Positions 1 through 12,123 of a DNA stretch of 38,727 bases are shown here, piece after piece. The notes under the pieces are model-generated. The model was not told the origin of the DNA. It did not search any database and saw nothing but the letters and a program-made list of their open reading frames with translations. The stretch is from Octopus bimaculoides (Eukaryota). Location of the stretch: positions 8,431,690-8,470,416 of the forward strand of contig NC_068988.1 of assembly GCF_001194135.2 (NCBI RefSeq), in the 5' to 3' direction. A program made the translations under genes and the position numbers. The first letter of the stretch is position 1. The number at the start of each line of letters is the position of its first letter.

Positions 1-400
1 GAGTTTTTTTTCTTGCTCTAATAAATCCAATTGAAAGATGTTCCAGAGCACAGAATGGAAATTGTCTTTAAATATTAACAGTTTGCTGACTACAAAGAAA
101 GCCTTTTAGATGGTAACACTAGAAGTTGTAATAATAATAATAATAAAAAAAGGTGGGGAGAGGGGACTAGAGACTGCCAATGTGAAGGTGTGTGTGCTTG
201 TGTGTGTTAAGTAGGTGAGCAGTAACATGTACCACCTATTAACAGCACTTTCAGGTTCTGTTTCTGTTTTTTTTCTTTCTTTTTTTTTTTTAATGTCATC
301 ATTGTGGCTTTTAAATTTTTGTGGTATCAAGCGCAGGCAATAGTCACGTTGGCACACGAGCAGTAGGAAGAAGGTTGACGGATCAACCGAAGGCCAACAC

Positions 401-480
401 TCATACGGTGGTACTTCTGCAACCCTGGATAATTGGACGTGCATATTCCACAAAGTCATCGATAAGTACAGGCCAAGCAC
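401..480 (-). CDS. DCUN1D1: DCN1-like protein, exon 7 (DAD patch, stop codon)
   Basis: cttccag|GTGCT...GTA TGA, 80 nt. Encodes [26 protein letters not shown], with the cullin-binding D-x-x-x-A-W-P-x-x-I-D motif. All seven exons sum to 783 nt with consistent phases. The DCUN1D1 vs DCUN1D2 paralogue distinction is vertebrate-specific. Confidence 0.95.
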
Positions 481-1941
481 CTGGAAGAAGAAGAAGAAAA
501 ATACAGCAAAAGAACAGTCAAATATGAAATACATAAAAAGACAAAATAAAAAAAAGTATGCATTACATTAGAATACATTCATTCATCTTTCTTTACCCAC
601 TATTCTCGAGAAGGTCATGGGTGGAGAGTCCTCCATAGGGTCCTAACAGAAGCAACTGTTACTATACCTACTGACCATATCCAGCCCAAATATTCTGTTT
701 TACATTCAAACTGGCCAGATTTGGCCTCTTACACCTACCCAACATGGTCATCCTAAAAATAAAGTCACAACATTAAAATCTCAAAGTTAAGAGAGAATGC
801 ACGATTAAACCAACTGCATTAGTTACAGATATTGTTTTATATTCAAACTGACCAGATTTATCTTAAGAGGTCATTCCAAAAATAAACAGTCACATCATTG
901 AAATCTCAAAAGCTATGAGATAATGCATGATTAATTCAAAACAATGAGAACCAGAGCACTCAAAGAGTGTGAACTTCCACCAGGGAAACACCAATGTCCT
1001 CTCAACGATTAGCCAGAGATGATTTTTAAAATGAGAATATCTGAAATAAACTCGACTGCTCTCACAAACGAGAATACTAAAAATGAACCGGACTGCTCTC
1101 AAAAATTAAGTAAAAAAAAACACAGGAAAAATAATCCAGAATCAATCCCGAAATCTAATCAATTCGTGCCAGTCACGAAGCTAAACATCCAAGAATGTTT
1201 TATCCAGTGGTTTTTGAGATATCATGTCCATGGACAAACAAACAAATGCGACTGAAAACAATACTTCTGTCTTTGCTAAGACAGAGGTAATCCCTCTTTC
1301 TCCCTCGGAGAGGCACAAGCACATACACACATGCGGCAGTAACTTCCGCCTACCAAATTCAATCACAAAGCTTCGGTCGGTAGCAGTAATAAATAAGCAA
1401 TTACATTTAACTGAGAAATCTGAATACTGAAGGATTAAACCAGGGGGCTTGTTTCCAGTTTCCCACTTAAAAGCATGTCCAGGATGTTGGTTGTTCAATA
1501 GACTGGGAGATTAACTCACTTGAAAACAAGAAAGGGCACCCAGCCATGGAAAAGTTCAGCTTCAATATACTCCCACCAGGCCAATGCAAGAATGGAAAAG
1601 TAGATGTTAAAACAATCATCACCATCATAATTTTACAGCCATTTTTTATGCTGGCATGGGTTGGATGGTTTGACAGGAGCTGGCAAGATCAGAACCCCTC
1701 ATCTGTTTTGGCATGGTTTCCACATGCTGGATGACCTCTTAATGCCAACCACTTTACAATGTGTACTGGGTGCTTTTCACATTTCGTGTCACCAGGGCTT
1801 TCTGCATGGCTCCAGCACTTTCTGTGTGTCACCAGTATTTTCTGCATGGCATCAGAGCTTTTTGCATGCACCAGCACGTTTTGGGGATGAAATGTGGGTG
1901 GATGAGGGAGGTTATGATGCTGATAAAACAATACAACCTAC

Positions 1942-2038
1942 CTTCTTCATCATAGTTACTCATATCATCATTAATCATATTACAGAAATCTAATAAGAGG
2001 TTCCATGTGTCTTTTGGTATAGATCGTTTATGATGTTC
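1942..2038 (-). CDS. DCUN1D1: DCN1-like protein, exon 6
   Basis: ctttcag|GAACAT...GAAG|gtaggt, 97 nt. Encodes [32 protein letters not shown]. Confidence 0.95.
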
Positions 2039-2159
2039 CTGAAAGGAGAAAAGCTTACAGTTTGGTCATCAAGTGGATAATAAGTAAATACAAGTGGCAC
2101 TAAGTGCCAAAAAAAAATTATTAAAACTGTTCACCTGTTCAATATAAATTCTTTCAAGC

Positions 2160-2381
2160 GTGGTTGTTGCCAGTGCCGCTTGACTGGCTATCGTGCCGGT
2201 GGTACGTTAAAGCACCCACTACACTCTCTGAGTGGTTGGCGTTAGGAAGGGCATCCAGCCGTAGAAACTCTGCCAGATCAGATTGGAGCCTGGTGCAGCC
2301 TTCTGGCTCACCAGACCTCAGTCAAACTGTCCAACCCATGCCAGCGTGGAAAGTGGACGTTAAACAACGATGATGATAATG
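2160..2381 (+). mobile_element. SINE-like family A copy in DCUN1D1 intron 5
   Basis: Same core and ...GGACGTTAAACAACGATGATGAT tail. Confidence 0.8.
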
Positions 2382-2656
2382 TAGGAGCAGTCGTGGCTAT
2401 GTGGTAAGAAGTTTGCTTCCCAACTATATGGTTCTGGGTTCAGTCCCACTGTGTGGCACGTTGGACAAGTGTCTTGTACTATAGCATCAGACCAACAAAA
2501 GCCTTGTGAGTGGATTTGGCGACCTCAAAATGTTTCCTTATCCAAGATGATCACGTTTTTGCATCATTGCTCTTATTTTATTAACATCATGTAATATTTG
2601 TAGGCATAGAAAGAATCCCTTTGCAGCGAAAAGTAACTGCAGAAATTTAGATCACT

Positions 2657-2884
2657 TTAACCCTTTTGTTACCATATTTCTGTTGAAATATACTGCCTTT
2701 GCTTCAGTTTTGAAAATAATGAAGAATTTAGTAAAATAACTGTCATTATTAAAAGCTGGTGTTTGAAATAAAAGAACAGGAAATCTTAATGGAAGAATTT
2801 TTTTTATTTAAACCATTTTAAAACAGGATGTTTGTAACATAAAACCAGGAACTGTCTCAGGTGAGTTCGTATCAAAAGACTTAA
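2657..2884 (+). mobile_element. TTAA-flanked piggyBac-like MITE (TTAACCCTTT...)
   Basis: Starts TTAACCCTTTTGTTACC and ends ...GTATCAAAAGACTTAA. Decayed relatives at ~3230, 7470-7655, 8770-8990, 10670-11230 and 11570-11720. A sister family lies at ~670-950, 5301-5604 and 35480-35530. Confidence 0.6.
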
Positions 2885-4535
2885 AGATGACAAAGCAATT
2901 TAACGAGAGGGAGATTTGGTTGTAGGCTATGTAAAAGCTCCATCATCAACATTTAACGCCCGTTGTCCATGCGGCATGGGTTGAACGATCTGACCGGGCT
3001 GACATGCTGGAAGGCTGCATCATACTTCAGTTCGATTTGGCTTGGGGTTTTTTTTCTACAGCTGGATGCCCTTCCTAATGCCAACCACTCCGAGAGTGTA
3101 ATGGATGCCTTTACATGCCACCGGTGTGTTTTTCTGTGCCAATTTGCATGACACCAGTATCTATCACGACCATGATTTTCCTCAGCTTGATGGGTCCTTT
3201 CTCTTATTGACCAACGTTGTCGGTATTTTAAAACCCATTTTGTTACCATATTTCTCTTGAAGTACACTGTTTTTTGATTCAATTAATTTTGGAAAACAAA
3301 GGATCAATTCTGGGTCAGCTCTGATCGAGCAGATCCATAATCCTGAGTGCTATAATCTTAACCATTCCATCTTAATTTTAGACAAAGTGCAAGCAAAACT
3401 ATATGTCCTTTAAGTTTCTAAGATAAGTGTTTTTTAGTTGTAATTTCTAGCAGATCAAGCATAGTTAATTGGGTCCACAGAGAGAGAGATAGAAAGAANN
3501 NNNNNNNNNNNNNNNNNNNNNNNNNNNNNNNNNNNNNNNNNNNNNNNNNNNNNNNNNNNNNNNNNNNNNNNNNNNNNNNNNNNNNNNNNNNNNNNNNNNN
3601 NNNNNNNNNNNNNNNNNNNNNNNNNNNNNNNNNNNNNNNNNNNNNNNNNNNNNNNNNNNNNNNNNNNNNNNNNNNNNNNNNNNNNGGGGGAGAAAGTAAA
3701 AATAAGAGAAGACAACTCGGAGATGATCAAATAAGAACACTGACTAATTTGGAAGAAAAAGGAATTAAGACGAGGAAAGGATGAGAAAAAATAAGGGGCC
3801 ATGAACCTGCAAACTAGTTAAATGGGGGGGGGGATTGGCTGGAAGAGTTTGTTGGTATTCATTAACGATTGCAGGTGAGAAAATATGCATCTCTGTGCTT
3901 GCATGTATAGGATGAACCGTGGTCTAAGGCAACTGCATGTTGGGAGGTGGTCCAAAGAGGGGACTGGGGAATTAAAATGTCATATCATGGGTTTGTGGGG
4001 GAGGCTCGGGTGTTATTGTGCATGAGGGGTCCGAGGAAGTAATTACTTAGATATTAACAGTATGAAGCATTTTGTAACGTAAGACGGTCTGACCGGGCTG
4101 GCATGCTGGAAGGCTGCACCAGGCTCCGGTCTGGTTTGGCATGGTTTTCTGCGGCTGGATGCCCTTCCTAGTGCCAACCATTCCAAGAGTGTAATGAGTG
4201 CTTTTATGTGCCACTGGGGTGCTTTTATGTGCCAATTTGCAAGACACCAGTATCTGTCACAACTGGTTGAGGGAGGAACAAGCAATGGGGCCAGTAATTC
4301 AGAATGAATGTGCTGTCGGGGACAAAAGGACAAATGTGGCCTATAGAGTAAGAGCACTTGGAGGAGCTGCCTGTTAGGTTATTGCAGCTGAAGGGGAGCT
4401 TCTGATTAAGGGGTCACAGAGAGAGAGGAGGGATCGTTTGAGAGAGTGAGCTGGCAGAGGAGAGGTGGTTAAAAAGAGGAACTCTGCCAAACACGCGAAG
4501 GAATTACTTGAAGAAATACTTTAAAGCCTGAAAGT

Positions 4536-4925
4536 TGTTGTTGTTGGTACTCCGTCGCTTACAACGTCGAGGGTTCCAGTTGATCCGATCAATGGAACAG
4601 CCTGCTCGTGAAATTAACGTGCAAGTGGCTGAGCACTCCACAGACTCGTGTACCCTTAACGTAGTTCTCGGGGATATTCAGCGTCACACAGTGTGACAAG
4701 GCTGACCCTTTGTATTACAGGCACAACAGAAACAGGAAGTAAGAGTGAGAGAAAGTTACGGTGAAAGAGTACAGCAGGGTTCGCCACCATCCCCTGCCGG
4801 AGCCTCATGGAGCTTTAGGTGTTTTCGCTCAATAAACACTCACAACGCCCGATCTGGGAATCGAAACCGCGATCCTATGACCGCGAGTCCGCTGCCCTAA
4901 CCACTGGGCAATTGCGCCTCCACAT
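4536..4925 (-). mobile_element. Young full-length tRNA-derived SINE with (CAA)n tail and 12-bp TSD
   Basis: Minus-strand head GTGGAGGCGCAATTGCCCAGTGGTTAGGGCAGCGGACTCGCGGTC...GGTTTCGATTCCC (A and B boxes) and (CAA)4 tail. AAGCCTGAAAGT is repeated at 4524-4535 and 4926-4937. CpGs are retained. Confidence 0.85.
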
Positions 4926-4969
4926 AAGCCTGAAAGTATATAGGGAAAGAAAAACATAAAATCACTCAC

Positions 4970-5052
4970 TTGTAAAAATTTGCACCACAAGTCTAAAAAC
5001 TTGAATTTGTCAGCTAAAACAATATTCCAATAAGCCAAAGCCATGTCAAGAT
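4970..5052 (-). CDS. DCUN1D1: DCN1-like protein, exon 5
   Basis: tttctag|ATCTT...TACAA|gtgagt, 83 nt. Encodes DLDMALAYWNIVLADKFKFLDLWCKFLQ. Confidence 0.95.
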
Positions 5053-5702
5053 CTAGAAAAATAAAAACAGAATATTCCATAGGATATCTTTGCATTGATA
5101 TAGCATTTTGATGGGATTTAAGAATACATAACCATTAAGTTACAAGCAGGAATCAATAAAAATCATCACTTGGTCCTGTTTTGGGGTTTTAGACTGGCAC
5201 GATTGATAATGAGACAAAAAACAATTGGAGGAAATACAGAAATACACTTGGCTGTCCTGGATAAGTGAAACAATTATGGAAAAATTTTCAAAAGCCATTT
5301 ATTGAACCTTTAGCATTCAGATTATTTTATCCAATGTAATACTTTCTAATTGAAATTATTTTTTAATTAATCAGGCATTATTTTGTAGCTTTGAAATTTT
5401 GTTGATGTGATTGTATATTTCAGGATGGCATTTAAGGGTAGGTTTTGAATTAATCATGAATTATCTCATAGCTTTGATATTTTGATGTGACTTTATTTTT
5501 AGAATGACATTGTAGGGTAGGTGTGAGAGGCTGGATCTCGCACGTTTAAACACAAAACAGGTAGACATGGCAAGATATGGCTGGTTTAAATTCTAAAACA
5601 TTAAAATAAAAAAAATCTGTCTCAGAATCAATGGCAGACTCAGATGGGTCGGCATCGAAATAGTCAAATTGTTACTGTTGGGTAGGAAAAACAAATACTT
5701 AC

Positions 5703-5833
5703 CTAAACCTTTCTGGCCAGGATTTTTGGCATAATTGAATGTAAATTGATAAAATTCTTTGAACTTTGTGTTGTCTCTAATAATTTGTTCTAGTGATGGA
5801 CATTTATCACGGAGTTTATCAGCTGTATCACAT
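5703..5833 (-). CDS. DCUN1D1: DCN1-like protein, exon 4
   Basis: ttttcag|ATGTG...TTTAG|gtaagt, 131 nt. Encodes [43 protein letters not shown], containing the conserved [17 protein letters not shown] motif. Confidence 0.95.
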
Positions 5834-5885
5834 CTGAAAATTTATCAAAACACCACTTGGCTTTATATTGAATTTCCTTCAACAA

Positions 5886-5928
<43 letters not shown>

Positions 5929-5996
5929 TAGGTTTATTATTAGAAATGATCTAATTTTAAATCTCACAGAGAGAGACATAAGCAGCAGTGTTTACG

Positions 5997-6509
5997 ATAA
6001 AGCAGTTGTTTACTGTCAACTTAATGTGACAGTCTCATTAAGGGAATCCGCTTCCTGTCGGCCTTGACACATTTCCTGTGTCCTTATGTTTACAAGGGNN
6101 NNNNNNNNNNNNNNNNNNNNNNNNNNNNNNNNNNNNNNNNNNNNNNNNNNNNNNNNNNNNNNNNNNNNNNNNNNNNNNNNNNNNNNNNNNNNNNNNNNNN
6201 NNNNNNNNNNNNNNNNNNNNNNNNNNNNNNNNNNNNNNNNNNNNNNNNNNNNACCAGCTGGCTAGACAGGTCTTTTCCAACCAGCTGGTGTTGCTACTTC
6301 AGGCTGATGACGAGCAATGACTCAGAAACATGTCCCTGAATGCAGACTAAAGCTGGGTGGAGAAGCTTGTCTCCCCTTCACAAACGTAAGGACACAGGAA
6401 ATGTGTCAAGGCCAACAGGAAGCGGTCTAGCTTCCTAGGGCTAAACAGCAGCAGTATGATTCCCTTAATGGGTCTGTCACTTTAAATTGACAGTAAACAA
6501 CTGTTTTAT
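5997..6509. mobile_element. Fold-back element with ~100-bp inverted arms enclosing a hammerhead motif
   Basis: Left arm 5997-6098 is the reverse complement of right arm ~6374-6509 with few mismatches. The right arm has a 33-nt extra segment (6425-6457). A 154-N gap lies inside. Confidence 0.8.
6298..6340 (+). ncRNA. Minimal type I hammerhead ribozyme (family 1)
   Basis: TTCAGG CTGATGA C GAG caatga CTC A GAAA C AT GTC^ CCTGAA. Perfect 6-bp helix I, intact CUGAUGA and GAAA cores, 3-bp helix II, palindromic ACAUGU helix III, GUC cleavage triplet. Confidence 0.75.
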
Positions 6510-7829
6510 TATTATTATCATTTGGAAAAAAGAAAAAAAAAACAATATTCAACTAATTATCACAGCATACTATTCTTTTCTACTCTTGGCACAAAGCCCG
6601 AAATTTTTGGGGAGTGTGAGTGGGGCAGTCAATTAGATTGACTCCAGTACACAACTGGTACCTAATTTATTGACTCCGAAAGAATGAAAGGTAAAGCCGA
6701 CCTTGGTGGAATTTGAACTCAGACAAAATACAGCTAAGCATTCTGCACGGTCTGCTAACATTTCTGCCAGCTCGCTGCCTTTAATTTTCTATATAACCAA
6801 AACATATTTTCTTTATTGCCCACAGGCAGCTAAACACAAAAGGGACAAGCAGGGACGACCAAAGGGATTAAGTCAATTACATCAACCCCAGTGCGTAACT
6901 GGTACTTATTTAATTGACTGAAAGGATGACAGGCAAAGTAGACCTCAGCGGAATTTGAACTCAGAATGTAGACAGACGAAATACTAAGCATTTTACCCGG
7001 CGTGCTAACAATTCTGCCAGCTCGCAGAATCTTACTCCAGTTATAGGTCTTAAGAAGAGAGAAGGGGAAAGTCTTATAAGGAAGGATAACTGCTTTCTTT
7101 GCATATTCCTGTTGAAATACATTGCCTTTCACCATTCATCAGCATTATTTACATCCGCTTTCCATGCTGGCATGGGTTAGATGGTTTGACAGGAGCTGGC
7201 CAGCCAGAGGGCTGCATCCGATTCCAATGTCTGCTTTGGCAGGGTTTCTACAGCTTGATGCCCTTCCTAATGCCAACCACTTTACAGAGTGTACTAAGTG
7301 CTTCTTACATGGCACCAGCATCTGGGGTCACCAAGTACCTTGCAAGTCAAAGGCCTCTTAGCTGAGAGAGCGAGTGGAACCAAGAGAAGTGGCTGTGTGC
7401 CAGACAAAAGGCTAGAGTGTGACAGAGACAGTTGTCTGACTGTAGAGGAGACGTTTAGCTACCCCAGTAGAACTGATTTTGAAAATGAAGAATTTAGTAA
7501 AATAACTCTGAAGTTAAACTGGTGTTTGGAACATTAACATGAAATTTGATGGAAGGTTTTAAATTAAGATCACTTTAAAACAAAGTTTGTTTCACAGAAG
7601 CATTAAGGGTGTGTGTGTGGGTGTATCTTTAGAGAGGTTGGTATCAAGAGAGTTAAATTTGCAATTTGGACCAGGTGGAGATAGCATTAATCAGGTGTTC
7701 CTACATAATTCCAGATACTGAGAAGACATGGGTCATTGACTACATGGTCACGCATAATTCAAAACACACAGAAGCAAATATGATTAAGTGATATTTGTGA
7801 AAATAAACAAATAAAACCTGAAAACTCAC

Positions 7830-7998
7830 CCTAAATCTGTCATACCTTGGAAGAACTCATCTCTTGTAAACTCACATTGCGTTTCTGCTTTAAATTTCCA
7901 GGCAATTATCAAGACTATTCTGGATTCTGGATTTAAGCCAAGATCTTCAAGAAAGCGATAAACGCCATCAGCCATCATCTTATCCGACTCATAAGGAT
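7830..7998 (-). CDS. DCUN1D1: DCN1-like protein, exon 3 (PONY domain start)
   Basis: ttttcag|ATCCT...TTAGG|gtgagt, 169 nt, phases 1/2. Encodes [57 protein letters not shown]. Confidence 0.95.
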
Positions 7999-8077
7999 CT
8001 GAAAATTTGTTGAAATAAAAAATTTTAGCTGTGGTTTTTTTTATTAAAAGATTAAAAAAAAAAAAAAAAATGGAATA

Positions 8078-8466
8078 GGCGCAGGAGTGGCTGTGTGGTA
8101 AGTAACTTGCTTACCAACCACATGGTTCTGGGTTCAGTCCCACTGCGTGGCACCTTGGGCAAGTGTCTTCTACTATAGCCTTGGGCCGACCAAAGCCTTG
8201 TGAGTGGATTTGGTAGACGGAAACTGAAAGAAGCCCGTCGTATATATATGTATGTGTGTGTCTGTGTTTGTCCCCCCAGCTTCGCTTGATGACCGATACT
8301 GGTGTGTTTGCGTCCCCGAAACTTGGCGGTTTAACAAATAGAGACCGATAGAATAAGTACTAGGCTTACAAAGAATAAGTCCTGGGGTCGAGTTTCTCGA
8401 CTAAAGGCGGTGCCCCAGTATGGCCGCAGTCAAATGACTGAAACAAGTAAAAGAGTAAAGAGTAAT
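8078..8466 (+). mobile_element. tRNA-headed SINE family B (representative)
   Basis: GGCGCAGGAGTGGCTGTGTGG...GGTTCAGTCCC head, internal (TA/TG)n, tail ...GACTGAAACAAGTAAAAGA. Other copies at ~2385, 13450, 14100-14485, 15360, 18340-18900, 20235, 21854-22235, 23428, 24635, 33685, 37708-38090. Confidence 0.85.
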
Positions 8467-10148
8467 ACAAAACATCAGGTTTTTTTTTGTTGTGTTGAAT
8501 GTCTTTTGAGTGGGTATTGGAAACTAAAAGAAGCCCAACATGTATGTGTGAGAGAGAATTAATGTGTTGTCTTGACATTTTCTGATAGTTGTAAATAAGT
8601 GTCACCACCATGCAGTCATATTTTCCGTTTCAAATTTTCCATGGGAACACGCTTGGCCAAGGGAAAATTTAACCTTGCTTCGAAAGAGGTGAGAGTTAGT
8701 GACAGGAAGGGCATGAGGCCATAGAAAAGTGGACTTTGATTCTTTGGCACCAACTCGTCTGAGACCAACTCTGGAAGTTTGTATCACAGAATCAATCCTG
8801 GTTCTGTGATACAAACTTGCCGTTTTAAAATGATTGAAATCAAAACATTCCGTCAAAATTTCAAGTCAATTTTTATTACTAACATCAGTTGAATAATGAT
8901 AGTTATTTTACTAAATTCTACAATATTCTCAAAATTTTTTGAAACAAAACCTGTTTATTTTGAGAGAAATATGGTAACAAGAGTGTTAAAATATGAATGA
9001 CTGAGACAAATTTTACTCCTTGATACACGATGACAGTAGCAACATAAATCTGACCATAGCTGATACCACTGACTAAACTGGCACAAATAACATGAACATT
9101 AAAATTAATAAGTTCCTGGAACTCTTAGTCACTGTTTCTAAGAAGAATATTTTTGTTAAGGATTTCTGTTCTACTGAAAATTTGGCTTCAGACTGGTACC
9201 ACCAAGAGATTTATATTTCAAGGATTTTAAAAAGATTTTCACAGTTCCAAATTACAAAATTTTGACAATCAGTAGATTGTCCCAAAGAAAAGTGATCAGG
9301 AATTTTTCTTCCCTCTCGCCCACATAAAACTGGAAGCTTCTGCATAAAGTGAAAGACTTAAATTATATCAGTTAAAAAAAAAATTGAGTGAAACAAGAAA
9401 AGAGATTTATTGCTATGAGAGGAAGGTAGTAAAAGAAAGAACAGCGCTAAGTTGGAAGAATGGTGGGGACACAAGAGAGGAGAAAGGATAGAATAATGTC
9501 AGGGATCAGTGGGGAGGGTAGAGTGGTAAGAGCAATGGGGGTGAGTTGAGTAGATATACCCATAGATGGTGTGGGTTGGTCCACTTCCGTGTCTACATGG
9601 GTTGGACAGGTTGTTAAGATCTAAGTGAGGATCTTATTGGAGTTACATAAGTTTGCTGTTGAGAGAGGAGGAGAGAGAGAGAAACAGAGACAATTACAGA
9701 AGGGTGTAGCAGGAGGGAAAGGGAAAAAAAGTGTCGAGAGAAAGCAGAGAGATAGAGATGGTGGGATGGGTTGAGTGGAGGAGATGCAGTGCCACTGTTG
9801 AATATGGGTGGGCAGAGTGATGTGTGAAGGAGAGGAGGTGATGAGGGGGAGGAGCAGAATGCATCAACATCATCATCATCATTGTTGTTTCAACGTCCAC
9901 TTTTCTGTTTTCATGGGTCAGATGGAATTTGCTGAGGTAGATTTTCTGCAGCTGGATACCCTTCCTGTCACCAACACTCAATTCCCAAATAAAGGCAATC
10001 TTTCCCTATGGCTAGGCATGTTTCCATAGAAGATTGGAAATGAACGACACTGCTTGTATAACGGTGGCACTCATTTACAACTATCACATGATATCATATT
10101 AGTGTGTCCATCATTGTCGATGATGGCCAAGGACATCACATGGGAGAA

Positions 10149-10184
<36 letters not shown>

Positions 10185-11749
10185 NNNNNNNNNNNNNNNN
10201 NNNNNNNNNNNNNNNNNNNNNNNNNNNNNNNNNNNNNNNNNNNNNNNNNNNNNNNNNNNNNNNNNNNNNNNNNNNNNNNNNNNNNNNNNNNNNNNNNNNN
10301 NNNNNNNNNNNNNNNNNNNNNNNNNNNNNNNNNNNNNNNNNNNNNNNNNNNNNNNNNNNNNNNNNNNNNNNNNNNNNNNNNNNNNNNNNNNNNNNNNNNN
10401 NNNNNNNNNNNNNNNNNNNNNNNNNNNNNNNNNNNNNNNNNNNNNNNNNNNNNNNNNNNNNNNNNNNNNNNNNNNNNNNNNNNNNNNNNNNNNNNNNNNN
10501 NNNNNNNNNNNNNNNNNNNNNNNNNNNNNNNNNNNNNNNNNNNNNNNNNNNNNNNNNNNNNNNNNNNNNNNNNNNNNNNNNNNNNNNNNNNNNNNNNNNN
10601 NNNNNNNNNNNNNNNNNNNNNNNNNNNNNNNNNNNNNNNNNNNNNNNNGAGAATTATTTTGACTAGAGGAAAAATAATTCCTGTTAAAATAAACTGCCTT
10701 TGTTTCAATTAGTTTTGAAAATGAAGAATTTAAGTAAAACAACAGCCATTAATAACTCTTTTGATGCCAACCTGCCCAAGCCTGCCATTGGTTCTAGGAT
10801 ACAAACTTCCTTTTTTAAAGCGTTCTAGAAAAAAAAAAAAAAAAAAACGCTTCAAAAATTTATTCCATGTTCCAAACACCAACTTGATAATGATAAAGTT
10901 ATTTTCTAAATTCATTATTTTTGAAAATTGATTGAAACGAAGGCCATGTATTGCAACAGAAATGTGTAAATGAAAGAACTAATGAAAATTAACGAGATTT
11001 TTGATGGAAGGCTTTTAGATCGCTTTAAAACAGGAAGTTTTTATCAAATAAGTGGGGGTGGTCTCAGGCGGATTGGTAGAACAAAAAGGTTAAGCTGGTG
11101 TTTTGAACATAAACTGACATAAAATTTTTATGGAAGGCTTAAATATAGATCACAAATAGGAAGCTGGCATCAAATAACTAGGAGCGGTTGTGGATGGGTT
11201 GCTATGAAAAGGGTTAATTACATAAAGCAAAGATTCTCGTTACAAACCTATGTTGCTTCCTCTTCCAAGAAAAGGAAGTAAATATTACCATCCCATGTCC
11301 ACTGAATGAATTCTTAACAATTCTTTTAATTGTAATTGGAGTTAATTAAAATCAAGAGGGCTGTACTGTCGGACAGGCAGTAAAGCTTGATTAAAACAAT
11401 TACTGCACAGTAACATTAAAAGCAAAGGTTTCTTTACATGAATATTCCTAAAGTGGAAAAGAAGAATCCATAGCCATTTTCAGCACTCCTAGACAGGAAG
11501 ACGAGAATAACTGAGTGGCATTGGAGCATTTAATGTCTAGTTTGAGTTTTTAAGTAGCTGGAGATACTTGGAGGATAAAGTTATTTTTCTAAATCATTCA
11601 TTATTTTTTGAAATAAATTTAAACAAACGTAGAGTATTTTAACAGAAATGTGTGAATGGAAGGATTACAGGCTGGTGTTTGTAATAAAAATAAACATGAA
11701 ATTTTGATGGAAGGTTTTTAAATGATTTTAAAACAGATTATTTCAGAAC

Positions 11750-12123
11750 AACACGAAATCGTGATGGCACCTGTGCCCAGCATCACCTTCCTGGCACTTG
11801 TGCTGGTGGCACGTGTAAAGACATTCAAGCGAGATCGCTGCCAGTGCCACTGGACTGGCTCCTGTGCAGGTGGCACATAAAATGCACCTTTTTGAGCGTG
11901 GCTGTTGCCAGTACCGCCTGACTGGACCTTGTGCCTGTGGAACGTAAAAGCACCCACTACACTCTCGGAGTGGTTGGCGTTAGGAAGGGCATCCAGCTGT
12001 AGAAACTCTGCCAAATTAGATTGGAGCCTGGTGCAGCCTTCTGGCTTGCCAGTCCTCAGTCAAATCATCCAACCCATGCTAGCAAGGAAACCAGACGTTA
12101 AACGATGATGATGATGATGATGA
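11750..12123 (+). mobile_element. SINE-like family A with (GAT)n tail (representative)
   Basis: Core GTTGGCGTTAGGAAGGGCATCCAGCTGTAGAAAC, tail CCAACCCATGCTAGC...GACGTTAAACGATGATGATG, and internal ~60-bp GTGCCAC/ACTGGC subrepeats. About 20 copies in both orientations (e.g. 2160-2381, 2940-3200, 4075, 7137, 12530, 13650, 16780, 17690, 19765, 21340, 23870, 32560, 33420, 34215, 38238). Confidence 0.85.

Noticed and set aside
3840-4500. Purine-rich decayed sequence, possibly a Penelope ORF remnant (also ~9400-9860 and 24080-24430)
   Set aside because: Only faint peptide resemblance with many stops; family assignment cannot be supported without a profile search.
4845-4923. tRNA-like sequences at SINE heads
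   Set aside because: They lack a complete cloverleaf/acceptor stem and continue into SINE bodies; these are not tRNA genes.
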